DNA from: an uncultured Candidatus Saccharibacteria bacterium
GTDB taxonomy: Bacteria; Patescibacteriota; Doudnabacteria; UBA920
Direction of reading: 5' to 3'
Assembly (NCBI GenBank): GCA_964436545.1
Contig: CAYTCJ010000001.1
Coordinates: 14,392 to 78,391, forward strand
Length of the DNA stretch: 64,000 bases
Shown here: in pieces, positions 26,376-36,706 of the stretch
Layout: the number at the start of each line of letters is the position of its first letter
How positions within the stretch are numbered: the stretch's first letter is position 1
Notes under the pieces: model-generated
Told to the model about the DNA's origin: nothing
The model's database searches: none
The model's input: only the letters and a program-made list of their open reading frames with translations
Translations under genes and position numbers: made by a program

Positions 26376-26819
26376 ATGAATGCTCAACCAAATTTTACCA
26401 CTCAACCAGAGCAAACTCGGGTAGAAAAACCTTGGGGTTTTGAAATTTTATTTACCCCGGCTACTTTTCCGCATACGGGTAAAATATTATTTGTTCAGGC
26501 GGGGAAAAAACCTTCTTTTCAATATCATGACGAAAAAGAAGAAGTGATTTGTTTGTATAGTGGTAAAGCTTTAATTTGGCTGGAAAATAGCCAAGGCGAA
26601 ATAGAAAAAATTCCCATGGAGCTTCAGAAAGGTTATTTGGTGCAAAAATTTCAAAAGCACAGAGTAGAAGCCATTGAGGATAGTTTTTTTCTGGAAAGTT
26701 CTTCTCCGGAAACGGGCATTACCGTGCGTTTGGAAGACGATTACAAACGGCCGGACGAAACCGAAGCCATGAGAAACTCCAAAAATCGCGGTTGGGTGGG
26801 CGGAAACCATAATCTATAA
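26376..26819 (+). CDS. Cupin protein (mannose-6-phosphate isomerase-like)
   Basis: VEKPWG, SFQYHDEKEE, HRVEA and VRLEDDY. Confidence 0.85.
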   Translation: MNAQPNFTTQPEQTRVEKPWGFEILFTPATFPHTGKILFVQAGKKPSFQYHDEKEEVICLYSGKALIWLENSQGEIEKIPMELQKGYLVQKFQKHRVEAIEDSFFLESSSPETGITVRLEDDYKRPDETEAMRNSKNRGWVGGNHNL

Positions 26820-26842
26820 TTAATAAAAGAAAAACCAAATTT

Positions 26843-27019
26843 ATGTCCAACGAAAACCCCCATTATGTATGTGCCGGCACTTGCGGAGGCGTGTCCGACC
26901 ATGCCCAAAATTGTGAAGCGGAGAGTTGTAATTTTTTTAACGAACCCCTGCATGAATGTTATTGCGAAGATGGACTGCACAGAGAATCAATTCCGGACGC
27001 TGAGATGGTCAATGCTTAA
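26843..27019 (+). CDS. Small Cys/His-rich protein, 58 aa (HYVCAGTCGGVS..NCEAESC..LHECYCEDGLH)
   Basis: Read by hand; six Cys plus His in a zinc-finger-like spacing; fits exactly between the cupin and DUF3048 genes. Confidence 0.75.
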   Translation: MSNENPHYVCAGTCGGVSDHAQNCEAESCNFFNEPLHECYCEDGLHRESIPDAEMVNA

Positions 27020-27030
27020 AGCGCATTTAA

Positions 27031-28062
27031 ATGAAAAAAATAGTTTTATTTTTTATAGTTTTGGGCATTTGTTTAATGGGTTTTTTGGCTTGGAAAAAGT
27101 ATCAGCCCCGTGAGCCAAAACAGAATTTACCCACACCCGCCAGTCAAACTCAGCCTGAAGAAAAATTTTTTAGTATCAATGGCAAGCTCGTGGATGTGTC
27201 AATTAGTCAAACCAGACCTTTAGCCGTGGTAGTTGAAAACCATCCGGATGCCAGACCGCAGGCGGGTTTAAGCGAAGCCGATGTAGTTTATGAAACTGTG
27301 GCCGAGGGCGGGATTACTCGGTTTTTAGCTTTGTACCAAACTCAGGCGACTACAGCGATTGGGCCGGTGAGGTCTGCCAGAACTTATTTTGCTCAGCTCG
27401 CTAATGATTGGCAAGCGGTTTTTGCTCATGTGGGAGGCAATAGCGACGTGTTATTGAATCTTAAAAACCAGCTCTATCCGGAAATTTTAAATGTAGATGA
27501 ATTTTTTCACGCGTCAACTTTTCAAAGGGTGAGCAGTCGAGCTATGCCACATAACACGTATACTTCGGTTAAGCGGTTAAGAAATTTTTTGGCGAATTCG
27601 GGCGCTCGGTCTTTTATACCCAAATCCCCTTGGACTTTTAAATCCGAAAACCCAACTCTAACCGGTGTCAGCTTAGGCCTTAGTATAGATTTTTCGCAAG
27701 CCTCCTATGCGGTGGAGTGGCGGTATCAACCCCAGAACAACACTTACCTAAGAACTATTGCCCAGCAAACCGACCGTGACGAGAACAATCATCAGCCGAT
27801 TGAAGCTAAAAATATTTTAGTGCAATTTGTAAAAACCGTGCCCACCCAAACCGATACTGTTGGCTCTCTGGATATGGAATTAAATACGCAAGGGGAAGCC
27901 GTGGTGTTTTTAGACGGTCAAGTTATACAGGGTAAATGGCAATACCATAATCAGCAGACCAAATTTTTAACTTTAGACAATCAAGAGATTGCATTAAATC
28001 CCGGCGTGGTGTGGGTGGAAATAGTGCCTGAGGCAAGAAAAGCGTTGGTAACTTGGGAATAA
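27031..28062 (+). CDS. DUF3048 (YerB-like) protein
   Basis: RPLAVVVENHPDARPQAGL, EGGITRF, GPVRSAR and PHNTY. Confidence 0.9.
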   Translation: MKKIVLFFIVLGICLMGFLAWKKYQPREPKQNLPTPASQTQPEEKFFSINGKLVDVSISQTRPLAVVVENHPDARPQAGLSEADVVYETVAEGGITRFLALYQTQATTAIGPVRSARTYFAQLANDWQAVFAHVGGNSDVLLNLKNQLYPEILNVDEFFHASTFQRVSSRAMPHNTYTSVKRLRNFLANSGARSFIPKSPWTFKSENPTLTGVSLGLSIDFSQASYAVEWRYQPQNNTYLRTIAQQTDRDENNHQPIEAKNILVQFVKTVPTQTDTVGSLDMELNTQGEAVVFLDGQVIQGKWQYHNQQTKFLTLDNQEIALNPGVVWVEIVPEARKALVTWE

Positions 28063-28090
28063 AAAATCCCCCGATTAGCGGGGGAAATTT
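28063..28090. terminator. Bidirectional terminator
   Basis: aaaaatcccccg-attag-cgggggaaattt between convergent genes. Confidence 0.7.
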
Positions 28091-28096
28091 AAGTGG

Positions 28097-28270
28097 CTAT
28101 TTGCTTTTACCTTTGGTTTTAATACAGCGAGCACAAGCTTTGACTCTTTGGCCGTTAAAAACCGAGTATTGTAAATTCGGAAGCAACCGTTTTATGGACG
28201 GTCTCATTGAGTGAGATCTTTTTATGGTTCTGCTGTAAGTTTTACCGCAGACCGCGCACATTCGGGGCAT
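28097..28270 (-). CDS. rpmB: 50S ribosomal protein L28 (zinc-ribbon form)
   Basis: Read by hand: MPRMCAVCGK..RSHS..LPNLQ..KACARCIKT, 57 aa. Confidence 0.93.
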   Translation of the reverse strand: MPRMCAVCGKTYSRTIKRSHSMRPSIKRLLPNLQYSVFNGQRVKACARCIKTKGKSK

Positions 28271-28427
28271 TTTTGTAAAATTTTCAATTTTTAATTTTCA
28301 ATTTTTAATTAGTTTTAAATTTTAAAATTTAAAACTAAGACTTTAAAAATTGTTTAAAAATTATGAAAGGTAAATTAATAATTTAAATAACTTCAGTATT
28401 TTATCAAAGTTTGTTATAATAGTCAAC

Positions 28428-29042
28428 ATGGAAACACTAATTACACTGGTTATTTTAATCTTTAGTGCCATTGTGCACGAGGTGGCGCATGGGTTAATGG
28501 CGGAAAAGCTAGGGGATACGACTGCCAGAGACGAAGGTCGGATTACGTTAAACCCTGTGCCTCACATTGACCCTTTTGGGTCTTTACTCTTACCTTTTTT
28601 GCTTTTATCCATCGGTTCACCAATTGTGTTTGGAGCGGCTAAGCCAGTGCCGGTTAATGCGCATAATTTTAAAGATCCCAAAAAGGGCATGGCTTTGGTA
28701 AGTTTAGCCGGACCAATGGCTAACTTTATTTTAGCCATTGTGTGCGTAATTCCCATTAAACTTGGACTGGTAAATAGTATTTCTTACCCCATACTAATCC
28801 AAGCTATTTTGTTAAATATCGTTTTAGGCACGTTTAATTTAATTCCCATTCCGCCGTTAGATGGGAGTAAGATTTTAGCTTTCTTTGCGCCCGATGTCTG
28901 GATGGAAAAAATTTTGGCTTTAGAGAGGTATGGGTTTTTATTGGTGCTGGTGTTCTTAATGCTGGGGATTTTAGATAAAATTTTATTGCCGGTGATTATG
29001 ATATTTTTTAGAATTTTTAATTTACCTTTGTCGTGGTATTAA
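28428..29042 (+). CDS. Site-2 protease (M50 family)
   Basis: HEVAH, AGPMAN and FNLIPIPPLDG. Confidence 0.95.
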   Translation: METLITLVILIFSAIVHEVAHGLMAEKLGDTTARDEGRITLNPVPHIDPFGSLLLPFLLLSIGSPIVFGAAKPVPVNAHNFKDPKKGMALVSLAGPMANFILAIVCVIPIKLGLVNSISYPILIQAILLNIVLGTFNLIPIPPLDGSKILAFFAPDVWMEKILALERYGFLLVLVFLMLGILDKILLPVIMIFFRIFNLPLSWY

Positions 29043-29148
29043 AAAATAGGACGAATAGGACACATAAGACTTATAAGTCCCATAGGTCTTGTTGCTTTTT
29101 TGGATAAAAAAACCGCGCGGACCCTCCGAGTGTCCGCGCGGGCAAGTC

Positions 29149-29334
29149 CTACTTCCTCTTGAAAAATAGAGGAATTAGGATAAACAAAATCCCAGTCCAG
29201 AGCAAAAGAAGCCCTAAACCGGCCAAAAATAGCGCCTCGAGTGGGCCTAATTGTGTCGGAATTCCCAACACCGCGCCGATGAACGGCACGATTAAGAGGA
29301 ACCCAACAAGGATTAAGCCCAGTTGAACTTTCAT
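29149..29334 (-). CDS. Small two-TM membrane protein
   Basis: Two hydrophobic helices, purine-rich RBS, own TTGACA promoter near 29484 and GC hairpin at 29107-29143. Confidence 0.6.
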   Translation of the reverse strand: MKVQLGLILVGFLLIVPFIGAVLGIPTQLGPLEALFLAGLGLLLLWTGILFILIPLFFKRK

Positions 29335-29486
29335 CTTTTTCCCCCCCTTCTTTCCTCCGGATGTTCCCTTCTTAGGGCTTTTTACTTACGCCTTGTTGTT
29401 TTTTTGTCGGTGCTTTTAAAAGATTCGCTTTGCCGGGGCAAGAGGCGAACTCTATATAATAACATAAAAGTAGGAATTTGTCAATT

Positions 29487-29515
29487 TTGACAGGATTGAT
29501 AATGGCTTATATAAT
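29487..29515 (+). promoter_or_regulatory. str operon promoter
   Basis: Consensus TTGACA-17-TATAAT. Confidence 0.85.
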
Positions 29516-29546
29516 TTAGGAACAATTAAAATAGAAACCGATTGCA

Positions 29547-29639
29547 TGTCATTCTGAACTCGTTTCAGAATCTATCTTGTTAATTTATAAAATAGATTCC
29601 GGACAATTTTAATAGCAAAATAAAATTTCCGGAATGACA
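29547..29639. repeat. TGTCATTC...GAATGACA REP-like doublet
   Basis: Related copies at 15074-15100, 30951-31069 and 34472-34531. Confidence 0.85.
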
Positions 29640-29905
29640 AACTAAGTGAATTACTTAATTGTCGATGTTTTTAGGAAAAGTGGCTTTTGGCCCACATCAA
29701 AGTTTCTTGATGAGTACTAAAAACCCGAAGTAGACTTAAACTGATGTCTACCCCTCCCTAGCCCTCCCCACCAAGGGGGAGGGAAAAGAGGCTTATCAGT
29801 TTTTATTGTGCCAAACTAATTTTTAATTATTAATTTTATAATTTTTAAATAATTTTCAAGGTTTAATTACAAAATTAAAAATTGGAAATTGAAAATTAAA
29901 TTCAA

Positions 29906-30319
29906 ATGCCAACCATCAACCAGTTAGTAAGAAAAGGCAGACGACCTTTGGTAGCCAAGTCCAAATCTCCGGCTTTGCAATACCGAATGAATTTGCTTAA
30001 GAACCGCGAAGTGCCTTCTGCCATGGGTAATCCGTTTATGCGCGGAGTGTGCTTAAAGGTGTATACCACCACGCCGAAAAAACCGAACTCGGCTTTAAGA
30101 AAAGTGGCAAAGGTAAAATTAACCAACGGTATGGAAGTAATTGCTTACATTCCGGGGGTGGGCCACAATTTACAAGAACACAGTGTGGTAATGATCCGCG
30201 GGGGCAGGGTAAAAGATTTGCCCGGTGTGCGTTACCATATTTTAAGAGGTAAGTTAGATACTCTCGGAGTCGACGGGAGAAAGCGCGGAAGAAGTAAGTA
30301 TGGAGCGAAGAGAAAATAA
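29906..30319 (+). CDS. rpsL: 30S ribosomal protein S12
   Basis: [19 protein letters not shown] and [10 protein letters not shown]. Confidence 0.99.
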   Translation: MPTINQLVRKGRRPLVAKSKSPALQYRMNLLKNREVPSAMGNPFMRGVCLKVYTTTPKKPNSALRKVAKVKLTNGMEVIAYIPGVGHNLQEHSVVMIRGGRVKDLPGVRYHILRGKLDTLGVDGRKRGRSKYGAKRK

Positions 30320-30415
30320 TAAAAATGACAAAAACGACGAAAATTAAAAAAAGTAGAAATAGTTAAAATTTTTGTCATTTATTTAATTTTTGTCATTTTT
30401 GATCATTACAAACTT

Positions 30416-30928
30416 ATGCCAAGAAAATCACGAAGTTACGATAAACACACTCCGGAGCCAGACCCGAAATTCGGGAGTGTGAAGTATGCCAAATTTATTA
30501 ATTACATTATGGAGCGCGGAAAAAAGAACGTGGCGCGCAAGATTTTTTACGATGCCTTGGATATTGTGGGCAATAAATTGAAAGAAATCGTTAAAGACGA
30601 TAAAGGCCCCAAAGATGCCAGACAAATGTTTGATATTGCTTTAAAAAATATTGGTCCGTTAATGGAATTAAAATCCAGAAGAATTGGCGGGGCTAACTAT
30701 CAAGTGCCTATGGAAGTGGTGGAACCCCGCAGAACCACGGTGGCCATGAGATGGCTTCTTACTGCTGCTCGCAGTAAAAAAGGGATTAGAATGGCCGAAA
30801 GGTTAGCCGGTGAAATTATTGATGCCTACAATAAAACCGGGGTGGCCATGAAGAAAAGAGAAGATACTCACCGCATGGCAGAAGCTAACAAAGCTTTTGC
30901 TCACTTTGCGAGATTTGGTCGCAGATAG
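30416..30928 (+). CDS. rpsG: 30S ribosomal protein S7
   Basis: RRIGGANYQVP and HRMAEANKAFAH. Confidence 0.99.
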   Translation: MPRKSRSYDKHTPEPDPKFGSVKYAKFINYIMERGKKNVARKIFYDALDIVGNKLKEIVKDDKGPKDARQMFDIALKNIGPLMELKSRRIGGANYQVPMEVVEPRRTTVAMRWLLTAARSKKGIRMAERLAGEIIDAYNKTGVAMKKREDTHRMAEANKAFAHFARFGRR

Positions 30929-30950
30929 GCGACAAGTTATAAAGCGTATG

Positions 30951-31069
30951 TGTCATTCCGGAAAATTGTAATGCTATACAATTTATCCGGAATCTATTCT
31001 AAAATAGATCCTGAAACCCCAATAGCAGAACCTTTGGTTCGCTACGGGGTAAACAAATTCAGGATGACA
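30951..31069. repeat. TGTCATTC...GATGACA REP-like doublet with a nested CCCC...ACGGGGT insertion
   Basis: Compared with 34472-34531 it has an extra 37 nt at 31018-31054, with AAAC duplicated. Confidence 0.85.
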
Positions 31070-31439
31070 AAAAAATACCCCTGCTTTAGCGGGGACGACA
31101 GACAACAGGAACTTTAAAATAAAAAAAAGCCCTTGTCCGACCGGATTAAATGTGCAGATAAGGGCCGGGGTTAGCGGAGCGAGTTGGCAAGTAACCAACC
31201 TAGCGCTAACCGCAAAACAAAAGCGCACCAAAGTGCTTTCATTTTACGCCCTCCTTTAAGGCGTAGGCAAAAATAACAGAGAGAGAGAGTTGTAAAGGCT
31301 TTAAAAATGTAAAGTGTAAATATTAAAATGAAAAATGACAGTTGAAAATTTTAAATTTAACATTGGAATTTTCCATTTTGATTTTTGAATTTTTAATTAA
31401 AATAAGTCTATTGAGACTTAATAGAAAAAAATAAGACAT

Positions 31440-33563
31440 ATGGCTCGAGAATATCCCATTGAAGTTACAAGAAACATTGGCATTATTGCCCACATTGATG
31501 CGGGCAAAACCACTACCACGGAAGGTATTTTGTATAATACCGGCATGATTCATAAAATTGGGGCGGTGCACGAAGGTGAAACGACTACCGATTGGATGGA
31601 ACAAGAACGCGAACGTGGCATTACCATTACCGCCGCGGCTGTAACTTGTTATTGGACGCCTCGGTTTATTAAATTAGCCGGCGATACAAAGCATAAAATT
31701 AACATTATTGACACTCCGGGCCACGTGGATTTTACCGTGGAAGTAGAACGTTCTTTGCGCGTGTTAGACGGCGCGGTTACGGTGTTTGACGGAAAAATGG
31801 GTGTGGAGCCTCAAAGTGAAACAGTGTGGCGCCAAGCCGATAAATACGGCGTACCACGTATTTGCTTTATCAATAAAATCAACCAGACCGGTGGGGATTT
31901 TTACAAATCTTTAGACTCCATTCATAAACGTTTAAGTCCTAACGCTTTTCCGATTCAATTACCCATTGGGTTTGAAAAAGACATTTGTGGCGTAGTGGAT
32001 TTAATTAATATGAAGGCTTATACCTATAAAGACTATACCGATAAAGAATTTACCATTGGGGAAGTGCCGGCCGATATGCTCGAGAAAGCTAAAGAGTATC
32101 GCCAACGACTTTTAGAAAAAGTGGTGGAAAGCGACGATGTTTTAATGGAAAAATATTTAGCCGGTCAGGAATTAACCGAAGGGGAATTTTTATCGGCCAT
32201 TAGAAAATCGGTGCAAGGCGGAAAGTTTTTCCCGGTAATTGGCGGGGACGGCAGAGGGATTATTGTGCAAACAATTTTGGACGCGGTGGTAAATTTCCTA
32301 CCCAGTCCGACAGACAGAGGTGAAGTTAAAGGCACCGATATTAAAACCGGCGCTGAAGTTTTAAGAAAGCCGGCCGACAGCGAACCCTTTACGGCTTTGG
32401 CTTTTAAAATTGCCACCGACCCGTTTGTGGGCAGACTGTGTTTTTTCCGTGTGTATTCCGGTAAATTAGAGGCCGGGAGTTATGTGCTGAATGCTCGCAC
32501 TCAAAATAAAGAAAGAGTCGGGCGAATTGTGCGTATGAAAGCCGACGATAGAGAAGAAGTGAAAGAAGTGTTTGCCGGAGATATTTGTGCTTTGGTGGGT
32601 CCCAAAGACACCTTTACCGGAGATACTTTGTGCGATACCGAACATCCGGTGCAACTGGAAACCATCAAATTTGCCGAACCGGTAATTTCTATGGCTATTG
32701 AGCCTAAGACCAAAGCTGACCAAGAAAAAATGGGTATTGCTTTGTCTAAATTAGCCGAAGAAGATCCTACTTTTAGAATTCGAGGCGACGAAGAAACTCA
32801 ACAAACCATTATTTCGGGGATGGGTGAACTGCACTTGGAAATTATTGTAGACAGAATGAAAAGAGAATTTAAAGTGGAAGCCAATGTGGGTAAACCCGAA
32901 GTGGCTTATAAAGAAACCATTAAAGGCACCGCCGAAGCGGAAAGTAAATACATCAGACAATCTGGTGGTAAAGGTCAATATGGTCATGTGTATTTGCGAA
33001 TTGAGCCTTTGGAAAGAGGAAAAGGTTATGAGTTCGTAGATGAAATTGTGGGCGGGGTAATTCCGAAAGAATTTATTAAACCGGTGGATAAAGGTGTGCA
33101 GGAATCCGCTGCCAATGGCGTAATTGCCGGTTATCCTTTGGTGGATTTTAGAATTGCGCTTTACGATGGTAGCTACCACGATGTAGATTCCAGCGAAATG
33201 GCATTTAAAATTGCCGCTTCTAAAGGTTTGCAAGAAGTGGTAAAACGCGCCACTCCAATTATTTTGGAACCAATTATGAAAGTGGAAGTGATTACTCCGG
33301 AAAGCAATATGGGTGATGTGATTGGCGACTTAAATTCCAAACGCGCTCAAATTAACGAAATGACCGACCGCTTGCACTTAAAAGTTATAGACGCCCATGT
33401 GCCACTTAGTGAAATGTTTGGTTATGCCACAGCTTTAAGAAGTATGACCCAAGGTCAGGCTTCTTATACCATGGAATTTGACCATTACGAAGAAGTGCCA
33501 AAAAATGTAGCGCAAAAAATTATTGAAAGCCGTGCCGGAATAAATGTAAGAAAAGGGATGTAG
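31440..33563 (+). CDS. fusA: Elongation factor G
   Basis: [15 protein letters not shown] and DTPGHVDF. Confidence 0.99.
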   Translation: MAREYPIEVTRNIGIIAHIDAGKTTTTEGILYNTGMIHKIGAVHEGETTTDWMEQERERGITITAAAVTCYWTPRFIKLAGDTKHKINIIDTPGHVDFTVEVERSLRVLDGAVTVFDGKMGVEPQSETVWRQADKYGVPRICFINKINQTGGDFYKSLDSIHKRLSPNAFPIQLPIGFEKDICGVVDLINMKAYTYKDYTDKEFTIGEVPADMLEKAKEYRQRLLEKVVESDDVLMEKYLAGQELTEGEFLSAIRKSVQGGKFFPVIGGDGRGIIVQTILDAVVNFLPSPTDRGEVKGTDIKTGAEVLRKPADSEPFTALAFKIATDPFVGRLCFFRVYSGKLEAGSYVLNARTQNKERVGRIVRMKADDREEVKEVFAGDICALVGPKDTFTGDTLCDTEHPVQLETIKFAEPVISMAIEPKTKADQEKMGIALSKLAEEDPTFRIRGDEETQQTIISGMGELHLEIIVDRMKREFKVEANVGKPEVAYKETIKGTAEAESKYIRQSGGKGQYGHVYLRIEPLERGKGYEFVDEIVGGVIPKEFIKPVDKGVQESAANGVIAGYPLVDFRIALYDGSYHDVDSSEMAFKIAASKGLQEVVKRATPIILEPIMKVEVITPESNMGDVIGDLNSKRAQINEMTDRLHLKVIDAHVPLSEMFGYATALRSMTQGQASYTMEFDHYEEVPKNVAQKIIESRAGINVRKGM

Positions 33564-33691
33564 GGAAATCAAATTCTAAAACCTAAATTCCTAAATACTA
33601 AATAGAAGAAAATTTGTAAGTTTACAATTTATTATTTATATTTTGTATTTTGTTTAGACTTTAGTGTTAAGAATTTCGAAGTTTAAAAGCC

Positions 33692-33784
33692 ATGGGCAAT
33701 TTACAAGACATTATTAACTTAAGTAAGGCCGACTTGTCCGCCAAAGCTAATTTAAATAATTTAGTTAAGTTAAAATATTTGTAA
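33692..33784 (+). pseudogene. Truncated paralogous N-terminus of the downstream ORF
   Basis: MGNLQDIINLSKAD aligns with MVSFQNIIDLAKAD of 33789; similarity ends at ttgtccgccaaagct. Confidence 0.6.
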
Positions 33785-33788
33785 TATT

Positions 33789-34121
33789 ATGGTAAGCTTT
33801 CAGAATATAATTGATTTAGCGAAGGCGGATGGAGGCAAGTTTTTTGTAATGGATGAACAGGGTGATGTTAAATTGGTAGTTATGTCAGTTGGGGAATATG
33901 AAAAATTACTTGTGGGTAAATTGCAAAAACAACTAAAAGATATTGAAGAAATCAATCAGGAAATTATTAAAGCGCAAATTATTGAACCGGAAATTGAGGC
34001 TTTAATTCCTCAGCTAAAAGGCAAAAAAGCTCCGGCCATTCCCAGAGTGGATTTAAGAGAAGAAGTGATTGATCCTTCTTTTGATTTTGAAGGTCCTAAA
34101 GGCGAATTTGAGGATATGTAA
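33789..34121 (+). CDS. Hypothetical protein
   Basis: 110 aa ORF between fusA and tuf. Confidence 0.75.
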   Translation: MVSFQNIIDLAKADGGKFFVMDEQGDVKLVVMSVGEYEKLLVGKLQKQLKDIEEINQEIIKAQIIEPEIEALIPQLKGKKAPAIPRVDLREEVIDPSFDFEGPKGEFEDM

Positions 34122-34287
34122 CAGGACTTCCGCACCGCCACTTTATAGGGCGGGCAAAGCCCGACCCTTAAAGTGGCTCTGGCCAACTTCTTCGTTATTT
34201 TCTTCAAGGTTTTTGTCGCCGTAGTCAGACTACGTCTCCAAAAATCCTCAGAAAATGCCTCGAACTTGGCTCAGTGCGGAAGCCCTG
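34122..34287. repeat. Long hairpin, MITE-like element
   Basis: caggacttccgcac/gtgcggaagccctg ends; central cgtagtc-a-gactacg like the element at 15120-15284. Confidence 0.7.
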
Positions 34288-34298
34288 AATAAAAAGTT

Positions 34299-34327
34299 TT
34301 GACAAAAGTTTAGGTTGGTTTTATAAT
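34299..34327 (+). promoter_or_regulatory. tuf promoter
   Basis: TTGACA-17-TATAAT. Confidence 0.85.
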
Positions 34328-34471
34328 GCATTAGCAAAATTATTAATTAATCTTGCCCTGGATTCTGTAAGCTCCGATGTTAATCGGAGTGCGGAGAAAA
34401 GAGAAGAGCCCTTGGCTTTGCGCCTCTATCGATACGGCGCAGCGCTTAGGGTTTCTCGGGCAAAATGTTTG

Positions 34472-34531
34472 TGTCATTCCGAATTTATTTCGGAATCTAT
34501 CTATGGATCCTGAAACAAGTTCAGGATGACA
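34472..34531. repeat. TGTCATTC...GATGACA REP-like doublet in the tuf leader
   Basis: tgtcattccgaatttatttcggaatc...gatcctgaaacaagttcaggatgaca. Confidence 0.85.
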
Positions 34532-34554
34532 GAAACGACGAAAGGATTGTAAAG

Positions 34555-35736
34555 ATGGCAGATAAATTTGATAGAAGTAAGACTCACGTGAACGTGGGAA
34601 CCATTGGTCACGTTGACCACGGTAAAACCACTTTGACTGCAGCCATTACTACTGTGCTCGCCAAAACCGGCGGAGCCAAAGCCAGGGCGTATGATTCCAT
34701 TGACAACGCTCCGGAAGAAAAAGCTCGAGGAATTACCATTAACACCGCTCACGTAGAATACGAAAGCGCCAAAAGACACTACGCCCACGTGGATTGTCCG
34801 GGTCATGCTGACTACGTAAAGAACATGATTACCGGAGCTGCGCAAATGGATGGCGCCATTTTGGTGGTATCCGCTGCCGATGGTCCAATGCCTCAAACCA
34901 GAGAACACATTTTGCTCGCCAGACAAGTTGGCGTACCATACATTGTCGTATTTATGAACAAGTGCGATATGGTGCAAGACAAAGAGCTTTTGGATTTAGT
35001 GGAAGAAGAAATTCGAGACTTGCTCAACAAATACGAATTCCCAGGTAAAGACACTCCAATTATTCGAGGCAGTGCTTTAAAAGCTTTGGAAGGGGATGCG
35101 GAATACGAAAAATCCATCCACCAATTGGTAGAAACTTTGGATTCTTATATTCCCGATCCGGTTCGCGAAACCGACAAACCATTCTTAATGCCGATTGAAG
35201 ATATCTTCTCCATTGAAGGTAGAGGTACTGTGGTTACCGGAAGAATTGAACGCGGACAAATTAACATCAACGAAGAAATTGAAATCGTCGGTATTCGCCC
35301 AACTGCCAAAACCGTGGTAACCGGTATTGAAATGTTCAATAAGCAATTAGACAGCGGTATGGCTGGGGATAACGCCGGAATTTTACTTCGAGGTACCAAA
35401 AAGGACGAAGTAGAACGCGGACAAGTGCTTTGCAAACCGGGTTCCATTAACCCGCATACGGAATTTGAAACCGAAGTCTATGTGTTAACCAAAGAAGAAG
35501 GTGGCCGACATACGCCATTCTTTAAAGGGTATAAACCTCAATTCTATGTGCGAACCACAGACGTGACCGGTGATGTGACTTTGCCGGAAGGTCAAGAAAT
35601 GGTTATGCCTGGGGATACCGTAAAGTTAACGGTTAAGTTAATTACTCCGGTAGCTTTGGAAGAAAAAGGTAAATTCGCTATCCGGGAAGGTGGTAAAACC
35701 GTAGGCGCTGGCGTAGTTACTAAAATTATCAAATAG
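34555..35736 (+). CDS. tuf: Elongation factor Tu
   Basis: [31 protein letters not shown] and NKCD; start at 34555 after AAAGGA. Confidence 0.99.
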   Translation: MADKFDRSKTHVNVGTIGHVDHGKTTLTAAITTVLAKTGGAKARAYDSIDNAPEEKARGITINTAHVEYESAKRHYAHVDCPGHADYVKNMITGAAQMDGAILVVSAADGPMPQTREHILLARQVGVPYIVVFMNKCDMVQDKELLDLVEEEIRDLLNKYEFPGKDTPIIRGSALKALEGDAEYEKSIHQLVETLDSYIPDPVRETDKPFLMPIEDIFSIEGRGTVVTGRIERGQININEEIEIVGIRPTAKTVVTGIEMFNKQLDSGMAGDNAGILLRGTKKDEVERGQVLCKPGSINPHTEFETEVYVLTKEEGGRHTPFFKGYKPQFYVRTTDVTGDVTLPEGQEMVMPGDTVKLTVKLITPVALEEKGKFAIREGGKTVGAGVVTKIIK

Positions 35737-35774
35737 TTAGTGAAGATTGACGGTTAGTTTTTCAGTCAATCAAA

Positions 35775-35811
35775 ATTTTACCCCGCCCGCATTTTGCGGA
35801 CGGGGTAAAAT
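35775..35811. terminator. Stem-loop after tuf
   Basis: attttaccccgcccgca-ttt-tgcggacggggtaaaat. Confidence 0.65.
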
Positions 35812-35816
35812 CATAT

Positions 35817-36581
35817 ATGGCAATAAGTGGTAAAAAAATCAATCAATTTGGGTATGTGGATTTTTCCGATTTTGCGAGACCGTTAGGGATTGGGCTGGCT
35901 AAATTTTTGGTTTTGTCTCCAGTCCGAGCCTATCATATAACCATAATTCATTTTATGTTTGGGCTTGGCGCATGCATATTGTTTTACGAACGTCAGTTTG
36001 GGTTGGGGATAATTTTATTACAAATCAAAAATTGGTTAGATGCCACCGATGGTTCTTTAGCCAGACTTCAAAACAGACCTTCTAAAGTGGGAAGGTTTTT
36101 GGACAGCAATTTAGACTTTATTGTTAATTTGGGGTTATTTGCCTCAATCACTGGCATGAGTTGGTGGGAACGAGGATTGAGCGCTTTTAGTTTTGTGTTG
36201 CAATGCTCAGTATATAACTACTACACGATTATTTTTAGAACCGCATTGGGGGGAGAGAGTACCAGTAAACTTCAAGAAGACGGAACTAGCCATTATTCTT
36301 ACGACAACCCTCGAGCGGTTAAAATATTATTTATTGGGTATAAATATTTTTATCTTTGGCAAGATAAATTAATTGATTGGATCGAATTAAAACTGTTAAA
36401 AACTCATCGCAAAATTCCCAGTGTATTGTTTGCTAATTGGATATCGGTTCATGGGTTAGGCTTTCAGTATCTGGTGTTTTCGGCTTTATTAGTTATTAAT
36501 CCTCAGTATTTAAGTGTGTATTTTTGCTTAATTGCTAATTGGTTACTTATTGGCCAATTAGTCTATCGAAAATATAAGTAA
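35817..36581 (+). CDS. CDP-alcohol phosphatidyltransferase family protein
   Basis: DATDGSLAR...GRFLDSNLD signature. Confidence 0.9.
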   Translation: MAISGKKINQFGYVDFSDFARPLGIGLAKFLVLSPVRAYHITIIHFMFGLGACILFYERQFGLGIILLQIKNWLDATDGSLARLQNRPSKVGRFLDSNLDFIVNLGLFASITGMSWWERGLSAFSFVLQCSVYNYYTIIFRTALGGESTSKLQEDGTSHYSYDNPRAVKILFIGYKYFYLWQDKLIDWIELKLLKTHRKIPSVLFANWISVHGLGFQYLVFSALLVINPQYLSVYFCLIANWLLIGQLVYRKYK

Positions 36582-36626
36582 TATTATACCATAAATTTAT
36601 TTTTTTGTCAATTATATGAAATATTC

Positions 36627-36655
36627 TTGACAAAAGATTAGGTTTCGTATAAACT
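36627..36655 (+). promoter_or_regulatory. S10 operon promoter
   Basis: TTGACA-17-TAAACT. Confidence 0.75.
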
Positions 36656-36706
36656 ATTGCAAGTGTCTAAAAATGCTTTTAAATATTAAACTTTTTGAAC
36701 TTTAAA

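Noticed and set aside
26865-27113. 82 aa ORF from the track
   Set aside because: Overlaps the DUF3048 gene; the alternative frame 26843-27019 fits the gap and has a coherent Cys motif.
34465-34554. N-terminal extension of EF-Tu
   Set aside because: It is a read-through of a REP-like element; the conserved start with an RBS is at 34555. Similar false extensions affect glyA, the GxxExxY gene, tsaC, rplC and livH in the ORF track.
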